64,000 bases of DNA from Candidatus Bathyarchaeia archaeon (GTDB lineage: Archaea; Thermoproteota; CALKCG01; B24), in contig JAVZJD010000002.1 of NCBI GenBank assembly GCA_038870975.1, forward strand, positions 512,001-576,000. The letters run 5' to 3'. The notes below the pieces were generated by a model, which did no database searches, was not told where the DNA came from, and was given only the letters and a program-made list of their open reading frames with translations. Positions 38,770-47,866 of this stretch are shown here, piece after piece. How positions within the stretch are numbered: position 1 is the stretch's first letter; each line of letters opens with the position of its first letter. The translations under genes were made by a program, and so were the position numbers.

Positions 38770-40122
38770 ATGATAGATGTTAAAATTAGTATTATTGGTG
38801 CTGGTAGTGCGACGTTTTCACTTGCCCTAATTAAAGACCTATGTCTTACGCCGAATCTTGAGGGAAGTACGGTTAGTTTAATGGATATAAATAAAGAGAG
38901 GCTTGATGCTGTTTACCTGCTTTGTAAAAGATATGCAGATGAAATGGGTATTAAATTGAATATTGAAGCTACCTTGGATAGGAGGGGGTCGTTAAGGGAT
39001 GCGGATTTTGTAGTAAATACTGCTCTCGTCGTTGGCTATAGTGGTTATAGGGCTGGATGGTCCATAGGATTTAAACATGGCTATAGGTTTGGTGGAAGCT
39101 ACCACATAATGCATGATGAAGGTTTTTGGATAAACTTCTACCAGTTTAGACTATTCGAATCTATAATAGACGATATGCTGGAAATATGTCCAGATGCATG
39201 GTATATTCAACTCGCAAACCCAGTTTTAGCCGGGGTAACCTACTTAGGACGAAAATATCCAAAGTTGAAGCTCGTCGGCTTATGTCACGGTTTTAGTGGA
39301 GTATACCATTTAGCAGATGTCTTAGGGTTTAAAAGGGAAGATATAACGTTTGAAGCCCCAGGTGTCAACCACTTTATATGGTTAACCAAGTTCTACCATA
39401 AAGGTGAAGATGCATTTCCAAAACTAGACGAATGGGTCGAGAAGGATGCACCCAAATACTGGGAGAACTGTCCTCCTAGTGATGATTTAGGTCCTAAAGC
39501 CGTAGACCTTTACAAAAGGTTCGGCGTTTTCCCTATCGGAGATACGTGTACACCTGGCGGTGGATCGTGGCCTTGGTGGTATCATACAGACGATGAAACT
39601 GAGCGGATGTGGAGGGAAAACCCACGTAAATGGTGGAGCTTCGTACTTGAGCAACCGAAAGAAGATCCTATTGCCAGGCTGATTGAAATAGTGAAAAACC
39701 CAGCTGTTAAAGTTACAAGCATCTTTCCACCGGCGAAGTCTGGTGAGATAATTGTTCCCTTGATAGAGTCCATCGCATGCGACATACCGAGAACGTTCAT
39801 AGTAAACATATTAAATATTGGAGGTTTCGTTCCAGGTGTACCGAGAGATTTTGAAGTAGAGATCCCTGCACTTGTTAGTAGAAGAGGCGTTCAGGGAATT
39901 AGAACCCATGGACTGCCCAAGCCTTTAACAGCATATATATTAAGGGATAGAGTAGCGCCTGTTGAAGTCGAATTGGAGGCGTATGAAGCTGGTAGTAGAG
40001 AGCTACTGCTCCAGTTAATACTTATGGATCCTTGGACGAGGTCAGAAGAGCAGGCTAGAAGCCTTTTAGAAGATATACTTGCTTTACCGCGTCATGAAGA
40101 AATGCGTCAACACTATAAGTAG
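38770..40122 (+). CDS. Glycoside hydrolase family 4 (NAD+/Mn-dependent alpha-galactosidase/glucosidase/glucuronidase-type)
   Basis: IIGAGS, ANP, GLCHG, GVNHF, VEIPA, DPWTRS. Start placed at ATG 38770 (track gives 38743). Confidence 0.92.
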   Translation: MIDVKISIIGAGSATFSLALIKDLCLTPNLEGSTVSLMDINKERLDAVYLLCKRYADEMGIKLNIEATLDRRGSLRDADFVVNTALVVGYSGYRAGWSIGFKHGYRFGGSYHIMHDEGFWINFYQFRLFESIIDDMLEICPDAWYIQLANPVLAGVTYLGRKYPKLKLVGLCHGFSGVYHLADVLGFKREDITFEAPGVNHFIWLTKFYHKGEDAFPKLDEWVEKDAPKYWENCPPSDDLGPKAVDLYKRFGVFPIGDTCTPGGGSWPWWYHTDDETERMWRENPRKWWSFVLEQPKEDPIARLIEIVKNPAVKVTSIFPPAKSGEIIVPLIESIACDIPRTFIVNILNIGGFVPGVPRDFEVEIPALVSRRGVQGIRTHGLPKPLTAYILRDRVAPVEVELEAYEAGSRELLLQLILMDPWTRSEEQARSLLEDILALPRHEEMRQHYK

Positions 40123-40140
40123 ATAGACATGAGGATGTTT

Positions 40141-40212
40141 ATGGGCTATCTGCTGGGCGTAGATGTAGGTACAACCTCCGTTAAATGCGTTCTCTTCAAC
40201 CCAAAAAAGTGA
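40141..40212 (+). pseudogene. N-terminal stub of an FGGY carbohydrate kinase
   Basis: MGYLLGVDVGTTSVKCVLFNPKK*: the FGGY phosphate-1 motif followed immediately by a stop. Confidence 0.8.
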
Positions 40213-40229
40213 AATTGATAATGTAGGTT

Positions 40230-40629
40230 GTTAACATCCTTCCACATGCTTTCAAGCATTCCTCTGAGGGACGGCTCCGTGAATAGGGTTAACCTAGCTA
40301 TGCTGACTGGGAAGTTCACGTTATTTTGGAAGTGTCCAATACCATATATGCCAATAACGGAACCTATAATGTACAGCGAAGTAAGCGTAGTAGTGGAGAT
40401 TTTACCCTTAAGCAGATATGCTAACAGTAAAATCGTGATTGCAAATGTTGGTACCATTATTGTTTCATTTGCCAGTCCGAAACTATAACGACAGCCGAAA
40501 ATGCCACCAACTGATAAGTTTAGAAAAAGGCTAACGGTTCCTGCAAATGTCACTACCACCGTCAATACTATTAATAGGACCATTAAAGAGGGCTTAATCT
40601 TAAACTCTTCAACGGATTTTCCGATACAT
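40230..40629 (-). pseudogene. Truncated paralog of the 1887-3938 membrane protein (N-terminal ~130 aa only)
   Basis: KSVEEFKIKP, SVGGIFGCRY, ISTTT...LYIIGSVIGIYGIGHF, FPV match the N-terminus of the intact copy. There is a frameshift just after ATG 40629, and similarity ends near 40240. Confidence 0.85.
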
Positions 40630-40643
40630 TCTTACCTATAATC

Positions 40644-40662
40644 TGTTTCAGACCCTGAAACA
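40644..40662. promoter_or_regulatory. Perfect 8-bp inverted repeat between the TATA box and start of the truncated transporter; candidate operator
   Basis: TGTTTCAG-ACC-CTGAAACA, immediately downstream (minus strand) of AAAATTTATA. Confidence 0.5.
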
Positions 40663-40848
40663 ATATAAATTTTGTTAAACGCTCTGGATCAACCGTCTCT
40701 CCTTTACAACTTCATAGTGGAAAAAATCTTCTATAGCTTTGAAACTAGGCTTAAGAGTCACTTATGCTTCAAATCGTTTGGTTGAACTTTTATAATATAG
40801 TTTTAAATATAGCTATTCAAGCTAGTAGTTTGACTGTTCATCATACCG

Positions 40849-43599
40849 GTGACAGATTTGAATGGAAACATATACGAAGTTGAAATCTTCAGAGGAGAGG
40901 GGTTTGTTAGGAAAAAATGCGGTAGGTGTGGAAGGTACTTCTGGAGTTTAAACCCAGATCAGGAGTTCTGTGGCGATCAACCCTGTGTAGAATATGGTTT
41001 CATAGGGAATCCTCCAAAGGCTAGAAGACTCGATAAGAGAGAATTTAGAGAAGCTTTCCTACAGTTTTTCAAGGAGAATGGACACAGCATAGTTAGAAGA
41101 TACCCGGTTGTAGCAAGATGGAGGGAAGACGTTTACTTCGTTGGTGCGTCAATATATGATTTTCAGCCTTGGGTTACAAGTGGAGTGGTGCCTCCGCCAG
41201 CTAACCCTCTTGTTATTTCACAGCCATCTATAAGATTTACAGACCTCGAAAATGTGGGGAGAACTGGAAGGCATTTAACGGGTTTTGAAATGATGGCTCA
41301 TCACGCTTTCAACGTAAATGGAAAATACGTATATTGGAATAATGAAACAGTGGAATACTGTTTTAGATTCTACAAAGAGATTGTCCAAGTAAATCCAGAG
41401 GAACTTACATTCATAGAGGATTTATGGTCTGGAGGTGGAAATGCAGGTGAAGACTTTGAAGTCTTACTAAGAGGAGGAGAGATAGCTACTCTAGTATTCA
41501 TGCACTACGAGACGGGTGAAAACGGAACGCTTAAAGCCATGAACAATATGATCGTCGATACTGGGTATGGACTTGAAAGAAACGTTTGGGTTTTCTCAGG
41601 TAAACCCAACATATACGAAGCCATCTATGGAGACCTCATAGAGAAGGTTAGATTAAAAGCTGGCGTTGAAAAGATAGACGAAAGAATACTTTTAGAGGCT
41701 TCGAAGACAGCTGGAATCCTCAGTGCCAGAGAAAGTGGTTTAGAAAATATCAGAAGTAAGATTGCTGTAAAAACAGGCATGACCTTAGAAGAACTTGAGA
41801 ATGTTCTCAGGCCCTACGAGTTGATATACAAGCTTGTAGACTATAGTTATGCATTGGCTTGGATACTCGGAGACGGTGTTGTAGCTTCAAATACTGGAGC
41901 AGGATACCTAGCTAGGTTGCTTATAAGAAGATGCTTAAGAGCTAGAGATGAGCTTAAGTTAGACTTGGAAATTGGATGGATTGTCCACCAACATCTTAAA
42001 AACCTCGCCTTAGACTTTCCAGAACTACTGGAAGCAGAAGATAAGATAATGGAAATGCTTGAATTAGAAGCCAAGAAGTATCGTGAGTCAATCAGCAAAG
42101 CATTAAACATAGCAATGAGGGTTGTAAAAGACGCTAAAAAGCGCGAATTAACGCTTAAAGACCTCATAACATTATATGACTCTCACGGCCTCCCACCAGA
42201 GCTCCTTCGGGAGAAGCTGGCCCCCATGGGTATTAAAGTCGAAATCCCCCAGGACTTTTACGGCTTAGTTGCTAAAATCCACGAGAAGCCGACTTCAGAA
42301 AAAACTATAGAAGAATTGAAACTTAGAGGGAAAGTCGAAGAGCTACCTAAGACTAGACGCATATTCTACGAAGACGACGAGGCTTGGAAATTTAAATCTA
42401 AAGTCTTGAAAGTTTTAGACGACTGGGTGGTTTTAGAGTCAACCGCGTTCTATCCTACAAGCGGTGGACAACTTCATGATACAGGGATTATGAGGTCTAT
42501 TAATGGAGTCGCTAAAATCGTAGACGTTAGAGATGTAAATGGTGTGATAGTTCATAAGGTTGAAGGAGCTAAGCCAGTGGAGGGAGATGATGTTGAGTGT
42601 GAAGTAGATATGGATAGGAGGAGGAGCTTATCTAGACACCATACAGCGACGCATATAATTTTAGGGGCTGCTAAAAGGGTTTTAGGACCCCATGTATGGC
42701 AGAGCGGTGCTGAGAAAACTGTGGAGAAGGCAAGGCTCGACATAACACACTATAAAAGCTTGACTCTAGAAGAGGTGGAGAAGATAGAAACGCTAGCGAA
42801 TAGAGTAGTAATTGAAAATCGTCCAGTTAGATGCTTCTTTACGTCTAGAGATGAAGCGGAGAAGAAGTATGGTTTTAAACTATACCAAGGCGGTGTATAC
42901 CCAGGTAGGACTATAAGAGTCGTAGAAATTGAAGATTGGGATGTTGAAGCTTGCGGTGGAATTCACTGTAAACGTACAGGCGATGTAGGATTTATAAAAA
43001 TTATTGGCGTAGATAGGATACAAGACGGCGTAGAGAGAATAGAATACGTTGCGGGTGAACAAGCTCTAAAATACATACAACAGAAGTTTAGACTGATTGA
43101 AGAAGTTTCAGCCGCTCTTAAGAGTGCACCGGATAGACTTAAAGACTCTATCTTGGAACTCCTCAGAGACCTTAAACTTGAGAGGAGTAAAGTTGAAAAT
43201 TTAACTCGAAAGCTTACTGAGGTTAGATTGGACCTTCTCGTTAAAAATATCATTGAAATAGATGGTGTAAAACTGATCGTAGAAAGGAGGAAGAATGAGG
43301 AATCGGATATTGTAATAAATGAAGCCAATACATTTGTCAATAGGTTTCCAGAAGCTGTGGCAATCTATTTCATCTCAGATGGAGATAAGAGTAGCATCAT
43401 TGTAATGGTTGGCGATAAAGCTAGAGAATTTGGATTAAACGCTGGAGCTATAACACGGAATATAGCGACCCTGTGTGGCGGTAGAGGAGGAGGCACAGTT
43501 AGACTTGGACAGGGAGGGGGATTAAATACTTCAAAGATACCAACAATTGAGAAAATAATTGAGGAGGTTTTAAAATTTAAAGGTGGAAGGCCTTCTTAA
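40849..43599 (+). CDS. alaS: Alanine--tRNA ligase (archaeal type)
   Basis: N-terminal Zn ribbon, YPVVARWR, FEMMAHH, DTGYGLER, editing HTATH and CGGIH, C-terminal GGGG-rich DHHA1 domain. Confidence 0.97.
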   Translation: MTDLNGNIYEVEIFRGEGFVRKKCGRCGRYFWSLNPDQEFCGDQPCVEYGFIGNPPKARRLDKREFREAFLQFFKENGHSIVRRYPVVARWREDVYFVGASIYDFQPWVTSGVVPPPANPLVISQPSIRFTDLENVGRTGRHLTGFEMMAHHAFNVNGKYVYWNNETVEYCFRFYKEIVQVNPEELTFIEDLWSGGGNAGEDFEVLLRGGEIATLVFMHYETGENGTLKAMNNMIVDTGYGLERNVWVFSGKPNIYEAIYGDLIEKVRLKAGVEKIDERILLEASKTAGILSARESGLENIRSKIAVKTGMTLEELENVLRPYELIYKLVDYSYALAWILGDGVVASNTGAGYLARLLIRRCLRARDELKLDLEIGWIVHQHLKNLALDFPELLEAEDKIMEMLELEAKKYRESISKALNIAMRVVKDAKKRELTLKDLITLYDSHGLPPELLREKLAPMGIKVEIPQDFYGLVAKIHEKPTSEKTIEELKLRGKVEELPKTRRIFYEDDEAWKFKSKVLKVLDDWVVLESTAFYPTSGGQLHDTGIMRSINGVAKIVDVRDVNGVIVHKVEGAKPVEGDDVECEVDMDRRRSLSRHHTATHIILGAAKRVLGPHVWQSGAEKTVEKARLDITHYKSLTLEEVEKIETLANRVVIENRPVRCFFTSRDEAEKKYGFKLYQGGVYPGRTIRVVEIEDWDVEACGGIHCKRTGDVGFIKIIGVDRIQDGVERIEYVAGEQALKYIQQKFRLIEEVSAALKSAPDRLKDSILELLRDLKLERSKVENLTRKLTEVRLDLLVKNIIEIDGVKLIVERRKNEESDIVINEANTFVNRFPEAVAIYFISDGDKSSIIVMVGDKAREFGLNAGAITRNIATLCGGRGGGTVRLGQGGGLNTSKIPTIEKIIEEVLKFKGGRPS

Positions 43600-44005
43600 T
43601 CTTATGTTCTATAAACCCTCTAGGTAGAGCCCCAACTATTCTATCCACTTCAATGGCATTTTCAAACAGTATAAGTGTAGGTATGCTCATAACTTCAAAT
43701 CTAGCAGCTATCTCAGGGTTGGAGTCTACGTTAAGTCTGGCAAATCTCACTTTCCCAACGTAGACTTTAGCAAGTTCGTAAATTATGGGCTCCACCATGC
43801 GGCATGGAGCACACCAGGGAGCCCAGAAGTCTACCACAAGCCTTACGTTTTCAGTTAAAATTCTGGTGAAGTTACTGCTATCGACTTCTAAAACATCTAC
43901 TTCCGAAGCGCCTGCAGAGTCATCTGACGGTTCCTTGTTGAGGGCTTTCTTTAAGAGTTTGCGAATTTCCCTCTCTTTAAGCTTCTCTAACTCTTCGTCA
44001 GACAT
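43577..44005 (-). CDS. trxA: Thioredoxin
   Basis: DFWAPWCAPC, SIPT, GALP. Confidence 0.93.
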   Translation of the reverse strand: MSDEELEKLKEREIRKLLKKALNKEPSDDSAGASEVDVLEVDSSNFTRILTENVRLVVDFWAPWCAPCRMVEPIIYELAKVYVGKVRFARLNVDSNPEIAARFEVMSIPTLILFENAIEVDRIVGALPRGFIEHKIKKAFHL

Positions 44006-44089
44006 GAGTAATTAGGCTATGTAGAATCGACCTTATAAAAGTTGCAGTAGTAACTATAGCTGGTTCAAGCAATTTTGAGATTGGCTTAA

Positions 44090-44632
44090 TTATTTCCCAA
44101 ACCTTCCAGGTTGTAACTTGTGGCTTGCCACTAGGATTGGTTTATATGGTTTAGGCTCATCTTTAGACGGATTTAATGTAAGTTGCATTACGGCGTAGCT
44201 TGTTGTGAATCCAAATTTAGAGTATAGATTTACTGCCGCTTCATTCCTAGGATCGACTTCTAGACATATTTCATTAACACCTTTAAAGGCCAGACGTGTT
44301 ATCAACTCTTTGAGTAGAGCTCCGCCTATTCCAAGCCTTCTATAACTTGGGTCTACAATTAGAAATTCGATGAAGCCGAAGTGTTCACCATCAACGTTAC
44401 TAGTTGGTCTGACTATGTAGCCACCAGCTGTTCCAACGATTTTACCATCTACTTCGGAGACGAGCACCACTCCACCATTTTTCCTGATCTTCGTCAGGAA
44501 GAGTTTAAGTAGTCTCGGTTTTACAGGTTTACCCTCAGTAGCTACAAGCTGAGCGAGGAGATTTATAACGGAATCTCTATCTTGTGCTCTATAGTTTCTA
44601 ATGGAGAAGGTTTTTACTCAAGCGGAATTCAT
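44090..44632 (-). CDS. GNAT N-acetyltransferase with a disrupted or ambiguous 5' end
   Basis: VDPSYRRLGIG and AVNLYSKFGF motifs. The frame extends upstream of the track ORF to MNSA*VKTFSIRNYRAQDRDSVINL (TGA at 44618-44620). Confidence 0.75.
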
Positions 44633-44746
44633 ACCTTTAAGATCCCTCTCGCCGTTTTTAATCTCAATCCTATTTATAAAGGTTATTGAGTTTGAAACGG
44701 TAAATTTAAGATTTAAGTGGTCTGGTATATAACTGCGGCGGTCAGA

Positions 44747-45472
44747 TTGAAGCTATTGGTTAGCGTAGTAGATGAAGAAGAGGCTTTTAGCGCGTTTCAA
44801 GGTGGATGCGACATACTAGATGTAAAAAACCCGTATGAAGGCTCTCTAGGGGCAAATCATCCGTCTCTTGTAAGGCGGATTGTTGAGAGATTTAAGGGCA
44901 AAGTTGAAATTAGTGCAACTATTGGAGATTTACCGAATCTCCCGGGTACTGCTTCTTTAGCGGCTTTAGGGGCTACTTCATTAGGTGTAGACTACATTAA
45001 AGCAGGACTATTAGGTGTTTACGACTTCAAGAGTGCATTGAAACTCATGAGTTGGATTGTGGAAGCCGTTAAAGAGGAGAATGTGAACGTTAAGGTGGTA
45101 GCATGCTGTTATGCGGATTATAGACTGACTGGTTCACTAGACCCGATCCATCTGCCCACTGTTGCTTATGAAAGTGGAGCAGATGGAATACTTATAGATG
45201 TAAAAACGAAAGGTGGGAAAAAGGTTTTCGAATACTTAAATATTGAGCAATTAGCTCAGATATATTCTAAGGCCAGAGAGTTTGGATTGATGACTGCTTT
45301 AGCTGGAGGATTAGATTCTGAAGATGTAATTAGCGTTGCTAAACTTAAAGTAGATGTTTTAGGTGTCCGTAGAGGAGTCTGCGACTCAAGTGAATGGCTA
45401 TATGGCAGGGTTAGATTGGAAAAGGTTAGGGATATGAAAGAAAGGATTCTAAAACTTAAGACGTCTCCCTAG
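44747..45472 (+). CDS. mfnB: (5-formylfuran-3-yl)methyl phosphate synthase (methanofuran biosynthesis)
   Basis: KLLVSV, DILDVKNPYEGSLGA, SATIGD, DYIKAG, ALAGGL, GVRRGVC. Likely TTG start at 44747. Confidence 0.92.
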   Translation: MKLLVSVVDEEEAFSAFQGGCDILDVKNPYEGSLGANHPSLVRRIVERFKGKVEISATIGDLPNLPGTASLAALGATSLGVDYIKAGLLGVYDFKSALKLMSWIVEAVKEENVNVKVVACCYADYRLTGSLDPIHLPTVAYESGADGILIDVKTKGGKKVFEYLNIEQLAQIYSKAREFGLMTALAGGLDSEDVISVAKLKVDVLGVRRGVCDSSEWLYGRVRLEKVRDMKERILKLKTSP

Positions 45473-45971
45473 ATTTTTCCATTAAGTGTCTTACTAGTCC
45501 TTCGGCTAAGTTTTTAACGGTCAATCCTTCAAAGTCCAATTCGCATTCGACTGAATCAAGCATGGTTGAAGTTATGAGGTCTTGAGAAGAAGAACGTACG
45601 CTATCTATCAACATTATGCTAGAGTTTAAAGTAGAAGACATGATATTTCCAAGACTTTCAATACCACCTTCAAAAAGTTCAAATGAGAAGACATCGTAGA
45701 ATTCTGAGAAAATTTTAAGCCTTATTATTGCTCTTTCCAACGCTAAGCACACTCTAGACATTAATTCGACCATATATTCTGCCTCAGATATCTCAGCTAC
45801 GTAAATCATAGACTTATAGCGATCACCCAAGGCATACATCGTTAAGTAACTGACATAGAGGCTTTTAACGTAGCATTTAGCTCGATGGAGATTTTCTTCG
45901 GTCAATTCAAGACATAGATTCAGCTTTAATAGGATCTCTCTGAAATCGATCCTTCTACGTTTGAAAAACAT
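45456..45971 (-). CDS. Divergent CdvB/ESCRT-III (Snf7)-like helical protein
   Basis: GDRYKSMIYVAEISE...LALERAIIRL...FYDV resembles the archaeal CdvB core (GD..RA.IYA.E..E...LALE....RL....GD). Start placed at ATG 45971. Confidence 0.55.
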   Translation of the reverse strand: MFFKRRRIDFREILLKLNLCLELTEENLHRAKCYVKSLYVSYLTMYALGDRYKSMIYVAEISEAEYMVELMSRVCLALERAIIRLKIFSEFYDVFSFELFEGGIESLGNIMSSTLNSSIMLIDSVRSSSQDLITSTMLDSVECELDFEGLTVKNLAEGLVRHLMEKSRETS

Positions 45972-46157
45972 ATTATTCGACAAAATGACGGTATTTAAAC
46001 CTAAAAATATTGTTAAACTGTATGCAGAGAAAAGAGATAGTTTGTACAAGGTTTATTTAAACGGGATTGATATCAATTGAGCATTAGATAATATGTTCAT
46101 ATTACGGTTGAAATACCAGCAACCAGAAGTAGTCTAGGTGATTTTTAAGGCTGTCAG

Positions 46158-46805
46158 TCAACTGATAAGTACTTCTGTGCATATCGTCTCCCTATTAGTC
46201 AGAATCGAAGTGACCCGCTCGGGATATAAACCATTAACTATAAAACACCTAGCCTTTAACTTTCTAGCGACCTCTGGGAAGAAACGGTCTAAATATGAAT
46301 TATGCCGTCTAAGCCAATTTAAATCAACCGTTTTGAGTAGTCTACCGTGTTCATCATAAATGCCATCAATACTTTTGATTAAAATCAAAGTTTTGACGTT
46401 CAGAAGAGAAGCTATATAGACGGATATACTATCTGAAGTTACATCCCAAGATGGTGGAAATGGATCTTTCTCTTCCAATAATCTATGAGGGAGGAAAACT
46501 GGAATATGACCCTTAAAACAGCTTTCTAAACACTCTTTGATTGTGTAAACTGGTTTAGAACTAGGTATTAAATCCGATATAAGCAATCCGTATTGAGACA
46601 TGGCTAATATCGCCATCCTATGCGCTGTTTCTTCAGAAATCTTGAAGGCCTTATAACATAGCCTTACCTCATCTGCGAAGACGGCTCCGCCAGGTACAAT
46701 GGTTAACCTATATCCTGAAGACAGTTTCCCGATCTCAAGACAGAGTTTTTCAAGAACTGTGGGCTTCGAATATAAGCTACCTCCTATTTTCAAAACAGCC
46801 TCCAA
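46158..46805 (-). CDS. mfnE: Amino-acid-kinase family protein, MfnE-like (aminomethyl-furanmethanol phosphate kinase)
   Basis: KIGGSL, VPGGAVFADEVR, AHRMAILAM, SWDVTSDSI; cluster context. Confidence 0.82.
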   Translation of the reverse strand: MEAVLKIGGSLYSKPTVLEKLCLEIGKLSSGYRLTIVPGGAVFADEVRLCYKAFKISEETAHRMAILAMSQYGLLISDLIPSSKPVYTIKECLESCFKGHIPVFLPHRLLEEKDPFPPSWDVTSDSISVYIASLLNVKTLILIKSIDGIYDEHGRLLKTVDLNWLRRHNSYLDRFFPEVARKLKARCFIVNGLYPERVTSILTNRETICTEVLIS

Positions 46806-47866
46806 TTTTTAGGCTCCCTCCCCTCTAGGAACTCCACAGCCATAAGGGCTAAAGCGTAAGAAGGGACAACTTTAGCAGCATTTGAACCTATATACTGAGA
46901 AATTGATGTGACATTTTTAAAGCCAAATATTGTTAAAGCTTTCTTAGACAAGAATTCTCCACCAATTCCTGCCGTGTATGCAGGTTTATCCCTTAAATCT
47001 ACATTTAAACTTTCAGAAAGCCTATTCAATGCCTCAACTATTTGGGTCAACTGAGCCCTATAGATATATGATGCTATGGAATGGATTTCATCCAGTGACA
47101 GGATGTCTAGATCTGCGCACACAACCCTTGCCAATCTAGCGGCTACTTCAATCTTAGAAACCCCTCTACCATCCGGTGTGTCCACAGTATAATCTTCAGG
47201 TTTTATATTCCCAAGCATTAGATGTACATCTCCAGACTGAGCGAAGAATTCTGATGATACTGGCGTTAAAATACCTTTGACTGGTACATGCGATACTATT
47301 GCCGCGACATTCGTCCTCAAAGCACCAGTATATACCAATTCGCCATTCATAAGCTTCTCTAAATCGTTAAATCCCTTAGCAGCCACTCTACCATTTAGCA
47401 CCGGAACTAGAGACGTCGAAGTACTTCCAGTATCCACTAGAAGACAGTCTTTTGAAAGCTTTGAAGCAAGCCATCCTGAGGCATACCAATTTGCGGCAGC
47501 AACATCCAAGGGCTCTGATTTAGCTTCCTCCGGGCTTAAAAGCTCACCGTGAACATTTAAAAACTTAAGCTTAACATCCTTTAAAGCACGTATGGTAGAG
47601 TCTACTATATGGTGCACACCTTCAGTTTTCGAAAAATAGACATCCGAAAGCTCTGCCGTCATCGTTATAGCCGCTAAATCTGGACTTTCTACAGCAGACC
47701 TTTTAATCAGATTACTTATTGCAACTGGAAGATTCTCACGACCCCTCCGCCATATTGGGAAATACTCTGTGAAAACTTCGACCTTTGATATTACTCCGTC
47801 TACACAATCTATAACCGTCAACTTTAAATTAGCCCCGCCTATGTCGAGCCCTAAAACTTTCACCAC
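46790..47866 (-). CDS. mfnF: Hydantoinase A-like methanofuran coupling enzyme
   Basis: GLDIGGANLK, TMTAELSD, AAANW, DTGSTST, ELVYTGALRTN, TPDGR, RLARVVCAD. Confidence 0.9.
   Translation of the reverse strand: MVKVLGLDIGGANLKLTVIDCVDGVISKVEVFTEYFPIWRRGRENLPVAISNLIKRSAVESPDLAAITMTAELSDVYFSKTEGVHHIVDSTIRALKDVKLKFLNVHGELLSPEEAKSEPLDVAAANWYASGWLASKLSKDCLLVDTGSTSTSLVPVLNGRVAAKGFNDLEKLMNGELVYTGALRTNVAAIVSHVPVKGILTPVSSEFFAQSGDVHLMLGNIKPEDYTVDTPDGRGVSKIEVAARLARVVCADLDILSLDEIHSIASYIYRAQLTQIVEALNRLSESLNVDLRDKPAYTAGIGGEFLSKKALTIFGFKNVTSISQYIGSNAAKVVPSYALALMAVEFLEGREPKNWRLF

Noticed and set aside
38173-44620. TGA recoding (Trp or Sec), suggested by in-frame TGAs in the aldolase and GNAT genes
   Set aside because: TGA is a normal stop for intact genes here (leuC, secE, hisE), the aldolase has other independent lesions, and no SECIS-like element is evident.
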